A stretch of DNA of 64,000 nucleotides, taken from the NCBI RefSeq assembly GCF_009834535.1, contig NC_045696.1, positions 52,020,001-52,084,000 of the forward strand, read 5' to 3'. Made by a program: the position numbers and the translations under genes. Every line of letters starts with the position of its first letter. Within the stretch, counting starts at the first letter, position 1. This DNA is from Camelus ferus. Lineage: Eukaryota. This document shows, piece by piece, positions 63,801 to 64,000 of this stretch. Under the pieces are notes generated by a model that saw only the letters and a list, made by a program, of their open reading frames with translations, had not been told where the DNA came from and did not search any database.

Positions 63801-64000
63801 GAAGACTAGGAAAAAGTTAAATTACATTTCCTCTCCCTCACTAAGACTGACATTTCACCTGTCCTTTCTTCTCTCTTAGTCAACTCCAGTCATAAATATA
63901 ACAGATATTAAACTGAATGATGTTCCTTTATGGATATTCAACTTTCTAACTGAATGGCTCCTTTACTTATTTACAAACCTTACAAAGATGTCAGCTATCA

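Noticed and set aside
1..64000. Assigning a host gene or transcription direction
   Set aside because: No coding exon or promoter/CpG island was recognised, and L1 orientations are mixed, so neither locus nor strand can be inferred without an alignment.

Overview
This is AT-rich, CpG-depleted placental-mammal genomic DNA. It is most likely camelid (Camelus/Vicugna), judged from two young L1 3'-end fragments that resemble camelid L1 3' UTRs as I recall them; this is unverified. I find no supportable protein-coding exon, CpG island, tRNA/rRNA gene or recognisable miRNA, and the short ORFs in the track look like chance or repeat-derived frames. The window reads as a large intron or gene desert. 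It carries a dense fossil record of transposable elements (MIR/MIR3, L2, L3/CR1, old and young L1, MaLR MLT1 and ERVL MLT2 solo LTRs, a MER5-like DNA element) separated by unique blocks that may be conserved non-coding elements. The four most unusual observations are: (1) a Penelope-like-element remnant at ~43.0-43.2 kb retaining a degenerate minimal type-I hammerhead ribozyme core inside an inverted-repeat frame; (2) an ancient RTE-clade LINE fossil at ~5.8-6.4 kb; (3) a 3 x 25-bp tandem repeat at 58.4 kb whose middle copy is a near-perfect palindrome; (4) a ~100-bp TIR/fold-back element at 9.76-9.86 kb. Repeat boundaries are approximate, and subfamily names come from visual motif recognition, not database searches.
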